Positions 39,264-54,177 of a stretch of DNA of 64,000 nt are shown one piece after another. Position 1 is the stretch's first letter. Each line of letters starts with the position of its first letter. The notes under the pieces are model-generated. The model was not told where the DNA came from, ran no database searches, and saw only the letters and a program-made list of their open reading frames with translations. The position numbers and the translations under genes were made by a program. Origin of the DNA: the human T2T-CHM13v2.0 reference genome, Homo sapiens; the NCBI RefSeq assembly GCF_009914755.1, contig NC_060925.1. The stretch is one strand, 5' to 3'.

Positions 39264-42124
39264 GAAGCTAATAGATGAGCATTAACAGAAATATTTCTGC
39301 ATAGAAATCTAATTCACTAAATTATATCTTTCGAAAGTATGGCCCCACAACCAACACAATTAAATAGTAATTGGCAACTCTTGCCCTTTTGTAACCAACA
39401 AATGGTACCCGTAACTTGGTTCTGATGCTGAGATTCCTGGAGTGTCTTATAACTTGGGTTGTGTTTCTAAAACAAGGATGGAGAAATAACTTAAAGATAG
39501 CTAAACCAAGTACTACAAATTGCAAGAGAGCTTTTCTACTTTCTAGGGATGGTGTTATTTGTTTAACCAGAACATCCAAAGGTGGATGTGCGGTGATTAT
39601 AATGATTTATCTAGCATGAAATGTGAGCATATTAAAGAATCCTTATTCTACATAAACCAAATCAATACTACTTCAAATAACTTTTACAACTTGAAAAATT
39701 ACAGACACCGATTTAAAAATGTAGACTGAGCCCCAGATCTCAATCCAGGAAGTAAGTTTCTAGTTATATTTAAATAAATTATCATAATCCCAGTAAGCAC
39801 AGAAATTCCTTTTATTTAATCCCATGTTGACTCTAACATGCAAAGCAAAGAATATAATTAATAAAAGTTAAATTTGTGTTATGGACACTAACATCATTGC
39901 TGAATAATGAGACATGGAAAGGGGATTTTCATTAAGTTGTGCCTTTGTGGAGCTTAGGCAATTTGCAACGTTTGCATCATTACCCAAGTAATATAGGTAC
40001 TTAGAGTAAAATGTTATAGGAGGAAACATAAAAGATATGTGTTGAGACCCAAATCCAGCACTTGTAATTTCCCCACAGTTACAAAGTGGCAAAGAAATAG
40101 ACTAAAACCCTGGTCTTCAAAGAAAGAAAGAAAGACGTTAATAGAAATAATGGTTCGCCAGGTACCCAGGAGTTCAAGGCTGAAATTTTACAAACCAATG
40201 GTAGACAGTTTATCACAGATTTATGCCAAAGTGAGCGATTTATCCTCGCACATAACCTAATAAGCTCTAACATTTGTGCAGCATTTTATACATTTTAAAT
40301 TACTATTTCCTACACCATCTTATCTGATCATCAAGAAAGCTCAATGAAAGAGGCAAATAAGGTAATATCCCTCAGGAAACTAGGCTCAGAGTCAATGACA
40401 TAATCATATTCAACTGGGAATATTAAAACCAATAGCCTCATAGAATCATAGAGGAGAGACCTCCAGGTACCATCTAGTGAAGCCTGGTGCCTTGAGCAGG
40501 ATGGTATCTAATGTGCCCCAGACAGTTGACAAGCCAATTATGATCAATTCCCCCAGCCTTGGTCCAGGGAGGCCACCTGTGAGATGCCTGGGACCCAGCC
40601 CGGCTTATGCTGGTTTTCTATGCATTTCGTTCATTCAGCATTGGGACCATAATGCCTTCATGCCTGATCCCCGCCCTCTCAGCCTCAAGTCAGTACCGTG
40701 AGAAGGATATATTACTGTCGACTCTCTAAAATATTTTTAATTTAATCACTTATTAATGCACTGAAATCATCCTTCAGAAGCAATTATAAACATAGGCTAA
40801 GGATTAAATAAATGATTTTTCTCATCAGGAAGTGGTTTATGTGAGATTTTTCCAATAGGAAAGGCCAAAAAAGCGAACAACTCAATAGAACAGAAGACCC
40901 TTTTGTGGTGTCTTTTTTAAGTAAAATGACAAACTTGGGGAAAAAATAGTTTTCCAAAAGGAATTAGCAAGAAAACTGGCAAGCAGATAGAATGTCAGAT
41001 GATGCTAAAAGAGTGACAAATGCAGTCAAGGAAACTATAACTGTGTAATTGTGGGCGGAATTAGATCAGACGCTGACCTTTCACAAACACCTAAAGAAAA
41101 CAGCTCTCGAATAATAACTGTCGAAAGGAGCCTGCAGGGTTCCCCGTGTGCCTGTGGCTGTGACTCGGGAGCATGTGCGTGACCATCTGCTACGGGCACA
41201 GAATGCCAGGCTGCCGGCGGTGCCCTCTGTCTCGTTGGTGAGGCCGCATTTCACTCCAGCTCCTTGTGCCATCGTATCACACATCTTTGTTCTCTACTCT
41301 AAAATATAACCACTTGTTTTATATCTTGAATGTAGCATAGAGAAGCTTTGCAATTTTATCACCAGAGATGCCATGGTGTGAGCTACGGCAGAGAACAACC
41401 GTCAGCAAGTACATGGATCCTCTTCCATTTAGGACCAAAGATTGCACAAGGTGGACTCGGTGCCTTCAATCGAGGTGTTTCAATGTGCAAATGTAGACTT
41501 TTTCCCTTGCTTAATGTATAAGACAACCCAGTCCCAATGTTCGATACTTGTGCAATGCCAATAGAATTTCATTTATGGCTGGCATATAATCACAAAGTTA
41601 GGTGAAAATGATAAAAACCTCTTATCTACAGATAAGCAAAAGATAATTAATGAATATATTGATTCTTGCTCCCTGTAAGGGGGAAAAGCAGTCTAAAACA
41701 ATTCGCATATCTATAAATTAGGATCACGTTTGTGTTCCTTTGTCCTTAGAATTATGATTATCTTAACAAGAAAATACTGACCAAAAGTCAGCCTTGTAAA
41801 ACAGAGTTAGCTGTTAAGAACACATCCAGGGTAGAGTGGAAAACAATTAACATCTATTGAAATACTCACCAGTTATAAAAAGTTATAGTAACATGGGACA
41901 AACCAACACAGGTATTGACAACAGTTATAAACAAAATCCTAACCAAGGAGATCTAGTGGCTCTGCCTGAAAGATTCTGCCTCCTTAAAGTATTTCAGATC
42001 CAATAACTTTGTTATTTCTTTCAGCTATTCCAATAAGGCCTGATTCCTTCAAATAAAACCTGCAACTTCAGCCTTCTCAACTTTAGCCCATCTTCATCAG
42101 TGGCAATCATCCTTAGCAGTTCAT

Positions 42125-42255
42125 GCATTCATTCATGTATTTAACATACATTTACTGCGCACCTGCCAGTGCACGTGCTGTGATCAGCACTGGGTTACAG
42201 TGGTGGGCCAAGCAATTTCTTCAGGCCTGTCCTTATGGGACATACAGTCCAGCGG
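42125..42255 (-). mobile_element. L2 3' end
   Basis: cattcattcat..tttaacatacatttactgcgcacct...cactggg.tacagtggtg. Confidence 0.7.
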
Positions 42256-42689
42256 ATGCCTTTTTAATTCTGAGAAATTCACAGTTGCTTCATTGTAGTG
42301 ATTGCTCTGTGAAAACTTTAAAATCATGGTCATTCGTATTTTATATCAATTCACTAGCATTCTCCTCATCTATTCAGGCCAGTACTATCTATTCTAGCCT
42401 AAAGAACACCCCATGCCTGCTCCGCCCTCTACACCATGTATTTCTCAACTTTTATGATGATTATATGCACAATACACATATGCCAAGTGCCCTCCCTCTC
42501 TCTTTGCCTTCAAATCTTCTCTCTTGCTACCTTGAAAGTGCCGCTCAACAATTCCATCTTCTATAAAGTTCTCACTTGACTTCAGTGATTCCCACAGTAC
42601 ACTCAGCACTTATATATGACTGTAAGTTCTCGTGGTGTATGTATGTTATTGTCATTCTGTGACTTTGAGCTTTAGAATTACTCATGATA

Positions 42690-43360
<671 letters not shown>

Positions 43361-44587
43361 CTTTTTTAAAATCACATATGCTCATCCCCACCACCCTCGC
43401 TCCCCATTTGGTTGTAAGGAAATTAAGAGATGCTGCATTTTGCGATCTTATAGTTCCTGTTGCCATTTGTTCTGTAAACACAGGAAACATCGGATGAGTA
43501 AATATGCTCGATAGGCATACTTGAGTATGACTGCAAAGTGACTACCTAAGACAGAGAGAGAGAAAAGAGAATGTTCTTCAGCATCAGTGCATCTCTGGTT
43601 TCAGTATTATGTGGCAGCCATGTTCTGGAGGAAACCAAGGTCAGTGTAGCCTAGATTTTCAGGAGAGGACTGTGGCAAAGAAGCAAATATGCAAAAAAAT
43701 TACCTTAATCTACAGGAATGAAGAAATGAAAAGTATCGGGAAAAGTAACCAATAGAAAAGCTACAGAGTTAATATGGGAGGAGGGCACTTTGTTAAATAG
43801 ATTTTTGATAAAGGGTAGAAGCAAACACGATCCTGAATGAGAAAAACCTATAAGCAATGTACAAAATATGGATAAAATAAGATGGAAGAAAATGCCTCAA
43901 TCTGCTGAGGGAAAATGCAAGAAAAGATCATTTCTACAATAGAGGAAAAGACATGAACCAATAAAAATAATAATATTTCTTTCCAGGCCAACACTAAACA
44001 TAAGTTGCAGAGCTGGCCTGTGGTGGAACTCACAAGTCTTATTGGCAATATATGTGAGGAGACAAAAAGCAACATATGGAGAAATACAAAAATATACTCC
44101 CTAGAGATACTGCCTCTTCAGATGTCAAGAAAAACCTGGATGAAATGAAGCAAGAGTGGCACGCTGCAAAGTTACAAATTCAAGGCCACCCACAGAACCA
44201 AACATTAACACTTAGGTAACTTGCTACTGAAATAGTCCCTTTCTTTTATGACTTCAGTTGAAGACTCTAGGGAGGGAAAACAGAGACATTGGATCATTCT
44301 ATGATGCTTAATGACTCCACCATTAAAAACAGGAATCCAAAGTGGGAGAAGGAACTGACTCCTTGCCTGGTTTCTGTCTTCCCAGGTGGAGCTGGTCTCT
44401 TGGGCAGCCTGACATCTGGTCCACTCCTCTGTCCTATGCCGGGATCATCATGACCGTAGAGATTATGTCACTGTTTTGCATCCTTGTTACATAACTCAGT
44501 TCCTGGTAGATTGTAAGTACACAGAAGGCATTTTTTTAATTAAAAAATGGATGACTGAATAGAAGAATGGACAAATTGCCTTTTTGT

Positions 44588-44795
44588 ATTCTGGCCACTG
44601 TTGATTAGTTACGTGACCTCAATTAGGATATTTTAACTCTGTGTGTCTTTGTTTCCTCATTTATATGTTGAAGGTAATGATAGTTCCTACCTACTGCACA
44701 GGCTTCTTGAAGATTAAATGACATAGGGTGGGTAAAAGGTTTAGACTAGTACCTAGAAATAGCACGTTTCACTAAAAATTACCTATTACTCATAT
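44588..44795 (+). mobile_element. MIR
   Basis: gtgacc...gtttcctcattt...gtaatgatagttcctacct...gaagattaaatgac. Confidence 0.75.
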
Positions 44796-45139
44796 TATTT
44801 TTGCTAAGTGATTGTATAAACCTAATAAACATCATATATTTTACTATGCACAGATAATTTAAAAATCTTATAAATACAAATTTAACCCACAAAAAAAAAT
44901 TCAACATAGTTGCCACCTAACAATAAAACCTTCCCTGCTCATTAATTCATTCGAGGCAGTAAGTCACATTGAACTGCAAATATTTTTACAGTGTCTAAGT
45001 GTGAAAAACTAGAATACCTTTAATGTATTTTAAATTAAAAAATCATTATAAAGTGCAGCATGTAATTCTTTACATTCTTTTTTCTAACACCTAGGAGACA
45101 ATTTAACTTTGTGTTTCAGATATCTGTTATCATAAATTA

Positions 45140-46110
45140 TTTATTCCTCATTCAACACATATTTATTAAACACCTACTACGTTCTAGATACAAGGGAGGC
45201 AATGGTGAAGTAAACACAGCTACTGCTCCCTTTGAGATTCTGTTTCTGTTAGGAAAAAGAAATACACGCACACAAATACACACATGGTGACACAGAGATA
45301 CACATATATACACATACGGATATTCACACATAGATATAGACACATACATACATACATAGACACACATAGTTACACACACATAGATATACATACACATAGA
45401 TACATTCATAAATACACACATAGACACATGCACATAAATATACACGTGTGTATACATACATACAGATATATACACATATATATATGTACCTATATAGGTA
45501 CACATACATAGATACACACACAGGTGTATATATACACACACTTATACACACACAATGTTGTGGGACCATAACTGGCATGAAGAAAAATTATTACAAAGGG
45601 TAGAGCATGAATAAGATGGCTTCTATAGTGTATTCAGGGAAGGACAGTCTAATATAATAACATTTAAGCAAAGAACTGATTGAAGTGAGGGTGCTCTCTG
45701 GGAAGGGACCAGGTCAATGAAGACAAACGAGGAGGTGCAAAAGCCTGAGGTGGGAGCACATTTGGAGTATTCCCGGAACAGCATAGATGCAGAACGGACA
45801 GAGAACAGTGGGCAAGGAGAGAGGGGTATGAGAGAAGGTCGGGAAGGCACCTGGGAGCTAGAATATCAATGCAGATTTTGCTCTAAGAAAATGGAGGATA
45901 TCAGAGGGACCCTGTGCTAAGGAATGATGTGATCTGAGTTAGGTTTTGGAAGTGTCACTCTGCCTGCTGTGCGGATAGCGGATGGGAGGAGATCTAAGAT
46001 GAACAAAGGAAATCACTTCAGAGACTTTCAGGAAATGGTCATGGCTTGGACTAAGATTTGGGGCAAATTTAAAGTAGAGCCAAAGGGACCTGCTGATGCA
46101 TGGGATGCAC
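45140..46110 (-). mobile_element. L2, interrupted by a low-complexity tract
   Basis: cattcaacacatatttattaaacacctact; gtgcaaaagcctgaggtgggagca; ggaatgatgtgatctga..taggttttggaag.gtcactctg.ctgctgtg. Confidence 0.78.
45262..45553. repeat. Degenerate (CA/TA)n low-complexity tract
   Basis: About 290 bp of acacat/atacac/agatat units; explains the ORFs at 45152, 45284 and 45324. Confidence 0.92.
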
Positions 46111-46792
46111 ACTATGAGGACTAGATCTGTGACTATATGTGACCTGCTGCAGCAGGTGTGCAGACACTTGCTTTCTTGAAATGTCCTTGACGTTGCTTTT
46201 GTTGTTGCTGTTATTGTTTTGCTTTGTTTTAATTTCTTTCCATCTCTGTGATTAAAGCAGAGTGAAGTTAATGAATCTCTGTGGCGAAGTGGATTGTTTA
46301 ACTGTAGGTATGAGTAGAACTGGCAGTTCTAAGTCTAATTCCAACAGTGGGAATTTTGGCCCTTCTGAGCTTCGGTTTCCTCAATTATAAAGTAAGAAAA
46401 ACCGCTAGCTTTGCAAGTCTGTGCCTCTCCTACCAAAAGCTATAGTATTGGTGTCAGTTTGGTCAAAGATTTTCCCAGTTGGTACAGCCCCCTGGGACTG
46501 GGAAGGCATTAGTTCAATTGACTGCAAGGACTGAATGATTTTTTTTTTTTGAAAAAGAAAAGAAATTTTAAATTTTTTATGTTGATTGGCTTGGTTTCCA
46601 TTGAGATCAAGGATTATTCCAGCAACTTTAGTTATAAAACACCTGCTATCTGTTACTGTATTTTACTTTCTATACCAAAAAAGCATGTATTTTCAGATAA
46701 ATTTCAATATATCAATCTTTTGTGTTTCATCTTATAACAGTTTTACTAAAAATTGTTTGACTCATGTGGTCTTCAGGTTGGGGAAGGCTAGG

Positions 46793-47060
46793 ACAGATGG
46801 CACAGCAGAGTGGTTAAAGCAGGGTCTCAGAGGCAGACTGCCTCGATGTGAAACCCAGCTCTGCCACTTACTGTGTGACCTTGGGAAAATTACTCACCCT
46901 CTCTGTGCTCAATTTCCTTATCTCTAAAATGGGAATAACAGTAGTACTTCCCTCAGAGCCTCAGAATTGCTAGGGTAATCAAATGACTTAATGTCCAATA
47001 AGCACTTAGAACATTGCCTGACACATAGAAACACCAAATAAGAGCCCCTTATAATTACTA
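46793..47060 (+). mobile_element. Near full-length MIR
   Basis: gtggttaaagc...aaacccagctctgccacttactgtgtgaccttggg...aagcacttagaacattgcctgacacatag. Confidence 0.88.
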
Positions 47061-47557
47061 TTTTTGTCTCTACTCAAATACTGTACCTGCCTCTATTTTT
47101 GAAGAATTTGAAAAATACTTGATATTTGAAATCTCTGCGATTATTTCAAGGAATTTAATAGCAAAATGATACCTGGGCCTTGGAACTGTCATTTAGGATG
47201 GACTGTTTGTGAAATATGCCTTTTTAAAACATCATGGATTTTTCAAATCTGAAAGAACTCAGTTCATCCTGCCCTGCTCATTTAGTGGGCCTAAGTATTT
47301 GTGGAAATTCTTTCTGAGCTTATATTCATACATCTGTCAAATAAAGATTAAAATATGTACTTCTTGAGGTTGCTGTTAGGACTAAAAGAGATAATACATG
47401 CAAAATGCTAGAAAATATATTAATATTACATTCTTTACCTCTCCACCCTCAGTCAAAATATGTGTGACTTAAAGCGGTGTATGTGAAATTTAACATGATG
47501 CCTTCAGGATTCAGAAATGAAATGTCTGTGGAACACACATGGATAAGAGTTGCTTAC

Positions 47558-47976
<419 letters not shown>

Positions 47977-49637
47977 CTACAGACTCTCACCCCCCTGAAA
48001 CAACCATATTTTTGATTGGTGGTTCCTCAGTCCTAATTTCAGAACACTTAGTACCAATGGGCTGAGGAGGTGGAAAGTTCCCCTATTCATTCCATGAGAT
48101 TTTCAAAATTCGCTTTGTTTGTATTTGGGATTTTTTTTTTTAATATGGACTTTGTATTTTAAAAGTACATTTAAGAAGGGGCAGTGCCATGTAACATTTC
48201 GTTATTATTGACTGCTCTGTCACATGTCTCCAAGAGGTAAAAGCAGCATTGCTTAGAAGAAAGAGCACAGCCCAGCGAGTCAGGACACAGGGCTGACCCG
48301 AATGCACCCTCACCAGTCAGGAGACGCTGACTCGGTCATTTCCTCTCTCCATTTTCTTAACTCTAAATGGAAGATATTGAACAAGATGGTTTCTAAGACC
48401 TTAATTCCATCTATAATCCTTTGATGTAGGAACATCAAAGGAAGCTCCTGGTGGTCACTCCCCTCGGGCCTGGACAAAACAGGAGAGCAGCCAACTGGTA
48501 GGCCTTCCTCAAAGCCCTCTCTGCCAAGTGCCTTACCAATGCCCTCTTGATCGATTAAGGCAACACAGTGTCACAATACTGGAAGGAACCGTTTTTCTTT
48601 GACTTGTTTAATACATTTCTGTTTCAGACCCTATCATGGTAAGTATTCTGGCCATTTTAACAGACATAAGCAGAAAAATAAGAACTCATCCTCTAATTTT
48701 GTCTGTGGTTATAGAAAGAATATCAAACAGACTGATGGAACGGTTGAGAATCTTAAACAAAGAGATAGTTTATCATTTCAAGCATAGCCTGGAAAATATC
48801 TGTCCTCTGGAAATTAAGTCAGAAGTTCAGTTGCACATGTGAGGCCCGGGGGTGCTTGACCCAGACATATAAGTGCCATGTGGGAGGGGAGGATCTTTGG
48901 CCAATAGCATCCTGGAATACCATTGGCTAAGTGTCCTGGCCATGAAATCAGGTGTTATATAGATTAAAGCCAATATCTGAGTGTTTTATCAGGAATTAGG
49001 CAGTAAGGCTTTTAAGCAGTTAGAAATTATTATTTTCCTCCTAGAAGCATCCTTCCCCAAAGGCAAACAGCCATTACCATGCTTTATGTGATGTGCTTTA
49101 TCTGTGTATTTACTGAAAGACCATGACACTTTTGCCTCAGTTGTCATGCTCATTTTTTGGCTTGTGACCTTTATAGAAATGAAGAAAATAATTAACTCTG
49201 CCTGCTTGTGGTCGAGGACAGAAGCTGTCACTGAATGTTTTACGGTAAAATCACTTGAGAGGAAGCAGCTGCATGTGAGCCTGCACGGTCCCTCCATTGT
49301 ACGGGTGGCACCTTGATTTCTGGAGGAAGTCATGCTTTTTCATGGGTTCGTGGCCAGCCAGTTACCTTTTGTCACATTTTTGTTCTTCCTTTATAATTTT
49401 GTCAAGCTGAGAAAAAAAAACAACTGCCACAGTGTGCAGAAAGCAAACTGGAGTCTGGTGCTGCCATTAAGCACATCTGTATTTCCATGGCAAATTGTTC
49501 AACTTTGAATGACTTTTTCTTAGCAAAATCCCTAGTATTCGTCTTCATTCTTAGAAAGGGAAGCAGCCTCCACTGTAGTCATTCCTTACTTGACCATGCT
49601 AAGAAGCCCTCGTAGCCTTCCTTAGCAGTAGACAAAC

Positions 49638-50178
49638 TGTTACCGGGAAGGGGTCCTGATCCAGACCTTAAAAGAGGGCTCTTGGATCTCGTGCAAGGAA
49701 GAATTCAGGGCAAGTCCGCAGTGCAAAGCAAAAGTAAATTTAGTAAGAAAGTAAAATGGTGAAAGAACAGCTGCTCCATAGACAGAGTAACGCATTTCCG
49801 AGAGTAAGAGGAAGAACATGTTCATCCTAGATCCAATACTTGTTTATATACAGGATTAAAAAAGATCATGGGGACATATGCTCTGCTACATGGGTTTGTG
49901 ATAAAGGATTCATTTTCTTAATTACTATATTTTGCACGTATCGATATTATTATCTTTAAAGCAAAATTAGGAATGCTTCTGTTCTCAAGATATTGGGATA
50001 TCAGGACGCTCCTGAGTCTGGGTCTGTTTAGTTAACGTCATCAATCTGTTCCCTTTACCGTAAACATCAAGAGACTAGGAATGCCTAAGTTTCTGGGAAC
50101 ACAGCCCAGCAGGTCCCAGCCTCATTTTTCCCAGCCCTCATTCAAGATGGGGTCTCTCTGGTTCAAACGCCTCTGACA
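49638..50178 (-). mobile_element. MER41 (C-like) ERV1 solo LTR
   Basis: Reverse complement starts tgtcagaggcgtttgaaccagag...ccatcttgaatgagggctgggaaaaatgaggctgggacctgctggg. TG..CA termini; 4-bp TSD aaac. Confidence 0.9.
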
Positions 50179-51283
50179 AAACCATCTCTGGACCCATTGT
50201 GCAGATTTCATAAGCTACAAAGCCTTGTATCTCAGTCCCCACAGACATTTTAATGAAGCTGCAGTTCAGTACTGACTTGAATTTGAGGTCCACCTCCCTT
50301 GTTGTAAGTATGGGCCAGGCGTGGACCAGAGGTTAAGGTGACTTGGTCCCTCCCTTTAGAAGTGAAGCTTTTTCCTTGCATCAAGTTTATATACTTCAAC
50401 TCTTTCCCCGCTTGGGATAGGATCTTTCCAAGCAAGCTCCTTGACTGCTCATGCCAAGAAACCCTGGCTTTGTCCTATGACTAGGATGAATATAGTCTAG
50501 ACTCAGGCTTGGTGTCCATGGAAACCAAGAGAAGAACCAGGGGAGAGGAGGAGTTTCTCCAACTCCTCCAGGTGGTGCCTTTCAGAGGAGCAACTTCCTG
50601 GGTCACATCTTATCCTTTGGCCTTCTCACTACATCCCAGTGGAGGTCAAAACCAGGACTCAACAAAGGAGGCTAATACTTTCAGACCCAGGGGTATTCAT
50701 GGGATTTTGGCCTCTCCCCAAAACCTCGTTGTGACCAAGCCGAGGAATTCCTGCACGCTGGCTGAGGATAACTTTTTTATTAATACATCCCCGAGGAGGG
50801 GACAACCTTCCATGCATGCTCTTGATAACTGAGTGTAACAGATTCCCTGGTGGAGTCTGAAGGCTCTGGCTTGGGATTACTTTCAGCATAAAACTGCCTC
50901 ATTACCAAGTCCTTCTGGAGCTTCTGGAGCTCAGCTCCCTTGGAAAGTGTTCAAATCAAAGCTACCTTTATACCACACTCCTTTGTGTCCTGATGTCCTG
51001 AATAGTGAGATTATCGGGTACACCCACCTGTTCCTGCACTTCCTTCCTGCTCAATTTAAATAAACAATGAGCTGTTTTTCTTCTTGACAAAGAGCCAGTC
51101 TATACAACAGCAGCAGGAAGATTACTTTCTATCTGTATGCAAACAGATACATAGCTGAGTTCTCTCCAATCCCCGGGAAAAGACCCTTTTAACTAAATGA
51201 CTTATGCTTCTGTTTCTTCATGTATAAAATTAGTGGCTTGGTGCTGAATAACCTCAGTCCCCTTCTGGCTGTATAATTCCACA

Positions 51284-51284
<1 letters not shown>

Positions 51285-51327
<43 letters not shown>
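51285..51327. repeat. Perfect (CA)21 microsatellite
   Basis: Read directly from the sequence. Confidence 0.97.
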
Positions 51328-51329
<2 letters not shown>

Positions 51330-51388
51330 GGGAGGACAAAATTTGCACACTCAACAATTAGAGAAAAAGCAAAGTAGTACATGTTTAA

Positions 51389-51580
<192 letters not shown>

Positions 51581-52740
51581 TAATAGGGGACTTACTTATT
51601 CTCTCTCTCCCTGCACCATAGACCTTTAGGCAATAGAAATACCCAGCCACTAAGCAATCCCGAAAGCATTCTACACTTACCTGCTCCTGACAGCCAAGTT
51701 CATACAGTCCCCACTAATCCAAATGCTCTTTATCCTTCTACTTTAGGTGAATCCCACTCAGTCTTCAAAGACCTGCTCATCACCTCCCCTGAAGGCAGAA
51801 AGTGTAGCTGTCTTTCTGAGTATTCATGCCTCCTCGCTCAGACCTAGAGCACAACACTTGAAATACAGTAGCATGGCTTACTGTGTATACGGCTGCCTCC
51901 ACCAACTAGATTGAAAATTGTTCAGATTTCACTTTTTTCTACCCCACGATCTAGTACCACACTCAATGTAACAAAGTTCTCAATGATATTCACTGGGTAC
52001 ACCTTGAATATATTTTCTTAGGAAAATGTTTTTTACATAAATATATTGAGGCTGAAGTTTAACACATATGCTCAGTCATATGTCTAAAGTCAGCGGTACA
52101 GGAAAAGCAAATGGAAATATGGGTGAGCTTTGGTTATAGGCGAATTAGTTCATTTTCATTACTTGGAGATTTTAGAGGATCAGTTTACTGAAGATTCAGG
52201 TAATGGGGCTGTAAGTCAAGGGACAAGTCATGTTCTACCTTAAATTGCCATTGTGATTTAAACATGTTTCCCCCTTTAGCAGTGTTTTGTCTAGCAACAA
52301 TTAAATAATAAATCACATGGAGGTCTCGCTGGCCAACAGGAAACTGGGCAGATCTTCAGTCTTTCCGGATCCTCCGTGCCAGCATGATTTTATACCTTTT
52401 GTTTGAAGATGAACAGAGCTGGCTCTGCCTTTCTTCCTTTCTTTCCCCTTTTCTTATTCCTTCCTTCAATGAGGACATTAAGCATGAATCTTTTATAGAT
52501 TTTTGTAGTCCTTCCACAAGCAACTGATGAGTGCCCACTACGTTCTCTGCACAAGTGCAACGCAAATTGGGGAGGAAAAAGATTGTTTGGGCAATGCTGT
52601 CAAAGAGGTTTTTTTTTTCACTTAGAAAATAATTATTTATTTAACAACATTTCTTGACTTTCTTCTATGTGCAAAGACACGCTAAGAGATAGAGACTGAT
52701 AAGGCTTGGTTTTCGGCCGTCAAAGCCTTTAGAGTTTTAA

Positions 52741-52960
52741 ACAATGGTTTTCAAATTTCAAGTCATGAAATCAACTTAGTGCGTTAGGAAGAACATTTGT
52801 ATTTATTTCGAATAGTTTAGAATAGAAGACATCCGAGTACCTCCCATGGAGTGAGGTAGTATCACATGAAAATTATTTCTCCGTGTATGTGTGTGCACTG
52901 GGTCGCAAAGAAAAATGTATTTATTTCCATAGGACACAGTTAAAAATTTAGAAGCCTGCT
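52741..52960. mobile_element. hAT-Charlie-like DNA transposon relic
   Basis: caatggttttcaaa..gtcatgaaatcaacttagtg...ctgggtcgc..aaaatgtatt. Confidence 0.55.
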
Positions 52961-53833
52961 GATTCAGAAGGATGAACGAACATGGACCTAAATTACTGCA
53001 TTTCAGGTTTTAACAAATTGAATGGAAGTAGGCATGGGAGACTCAATGTCAAGCTAATAAGTGTCAAGGATCCAAATTGCCAACTTTGCATCATGTCCTT
53101 GCCGCTTCTTTTGAGACGATGGAGATACATTCGTAGAGAGGAAAAAGATCCATGCTATGTGTGTGCAGCACGGATGGCGTTCTGTGGGGATGCAGCTGGC
53201 TGCAGATTCCAGCCAATCACCTGGTGTGACCTCTTGTTTCAACTGAGGGGCATACTGCCTTCATACTGACAAAGATTAGTGACCAGTTCCCCAGCCAGCA
53301 GTCCACCAGTGAAAAACAGGAACATTTCAGAGAACAGCAGGAAATGCTAGTTGTTTTAGTCCTGTCTCCCACAGCTACTTCAAAAACAAAGTCTTATCCT
53401 CAGATCGAGAAAGGGTGTAGCTTGAGAGGAGGTGTGTTTTTCTCCATTCTGTTACATAATCAAGCATCCGAGCCTGTCACCATGTTTGCTGAATGGAGCC
53501 ATATCAAATCATTTTCTGTTTTTGTTTTTTTTTAACAGGCAGAATATAAATGTATTTCAATTGATAAAAATATAAGAAACTCTGTGATTATGTTATTTCA
53601 ATTCCAGTATTTTTCTTGGTTGTGGAGCTGCAGCAGGAGCCCTCCTGTCCTTTAATAACACTATGCTCTGCTAGAAATGCGGAAGCCAAGTTCATTCTAC
53701 CATCCCCGTACAAAAACCTTGAACCTCCTTTTCACCTGAGAGCAGACCCTCTTAGGACTCCTAGACCACTATCAATGTGTGCAGTAATCAGTAACAAAAG
53801 GAAAGTTTTGTCACATATAAGATAGGTGGAGGG

Positions 53834-54177
<344 letters not shown>

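Noticed and set aside
45152-45578. Tyr/Val/Cys/His-rich ORFs
   Set aside because: Translations of the (CA/TA)n low-complexity tract.
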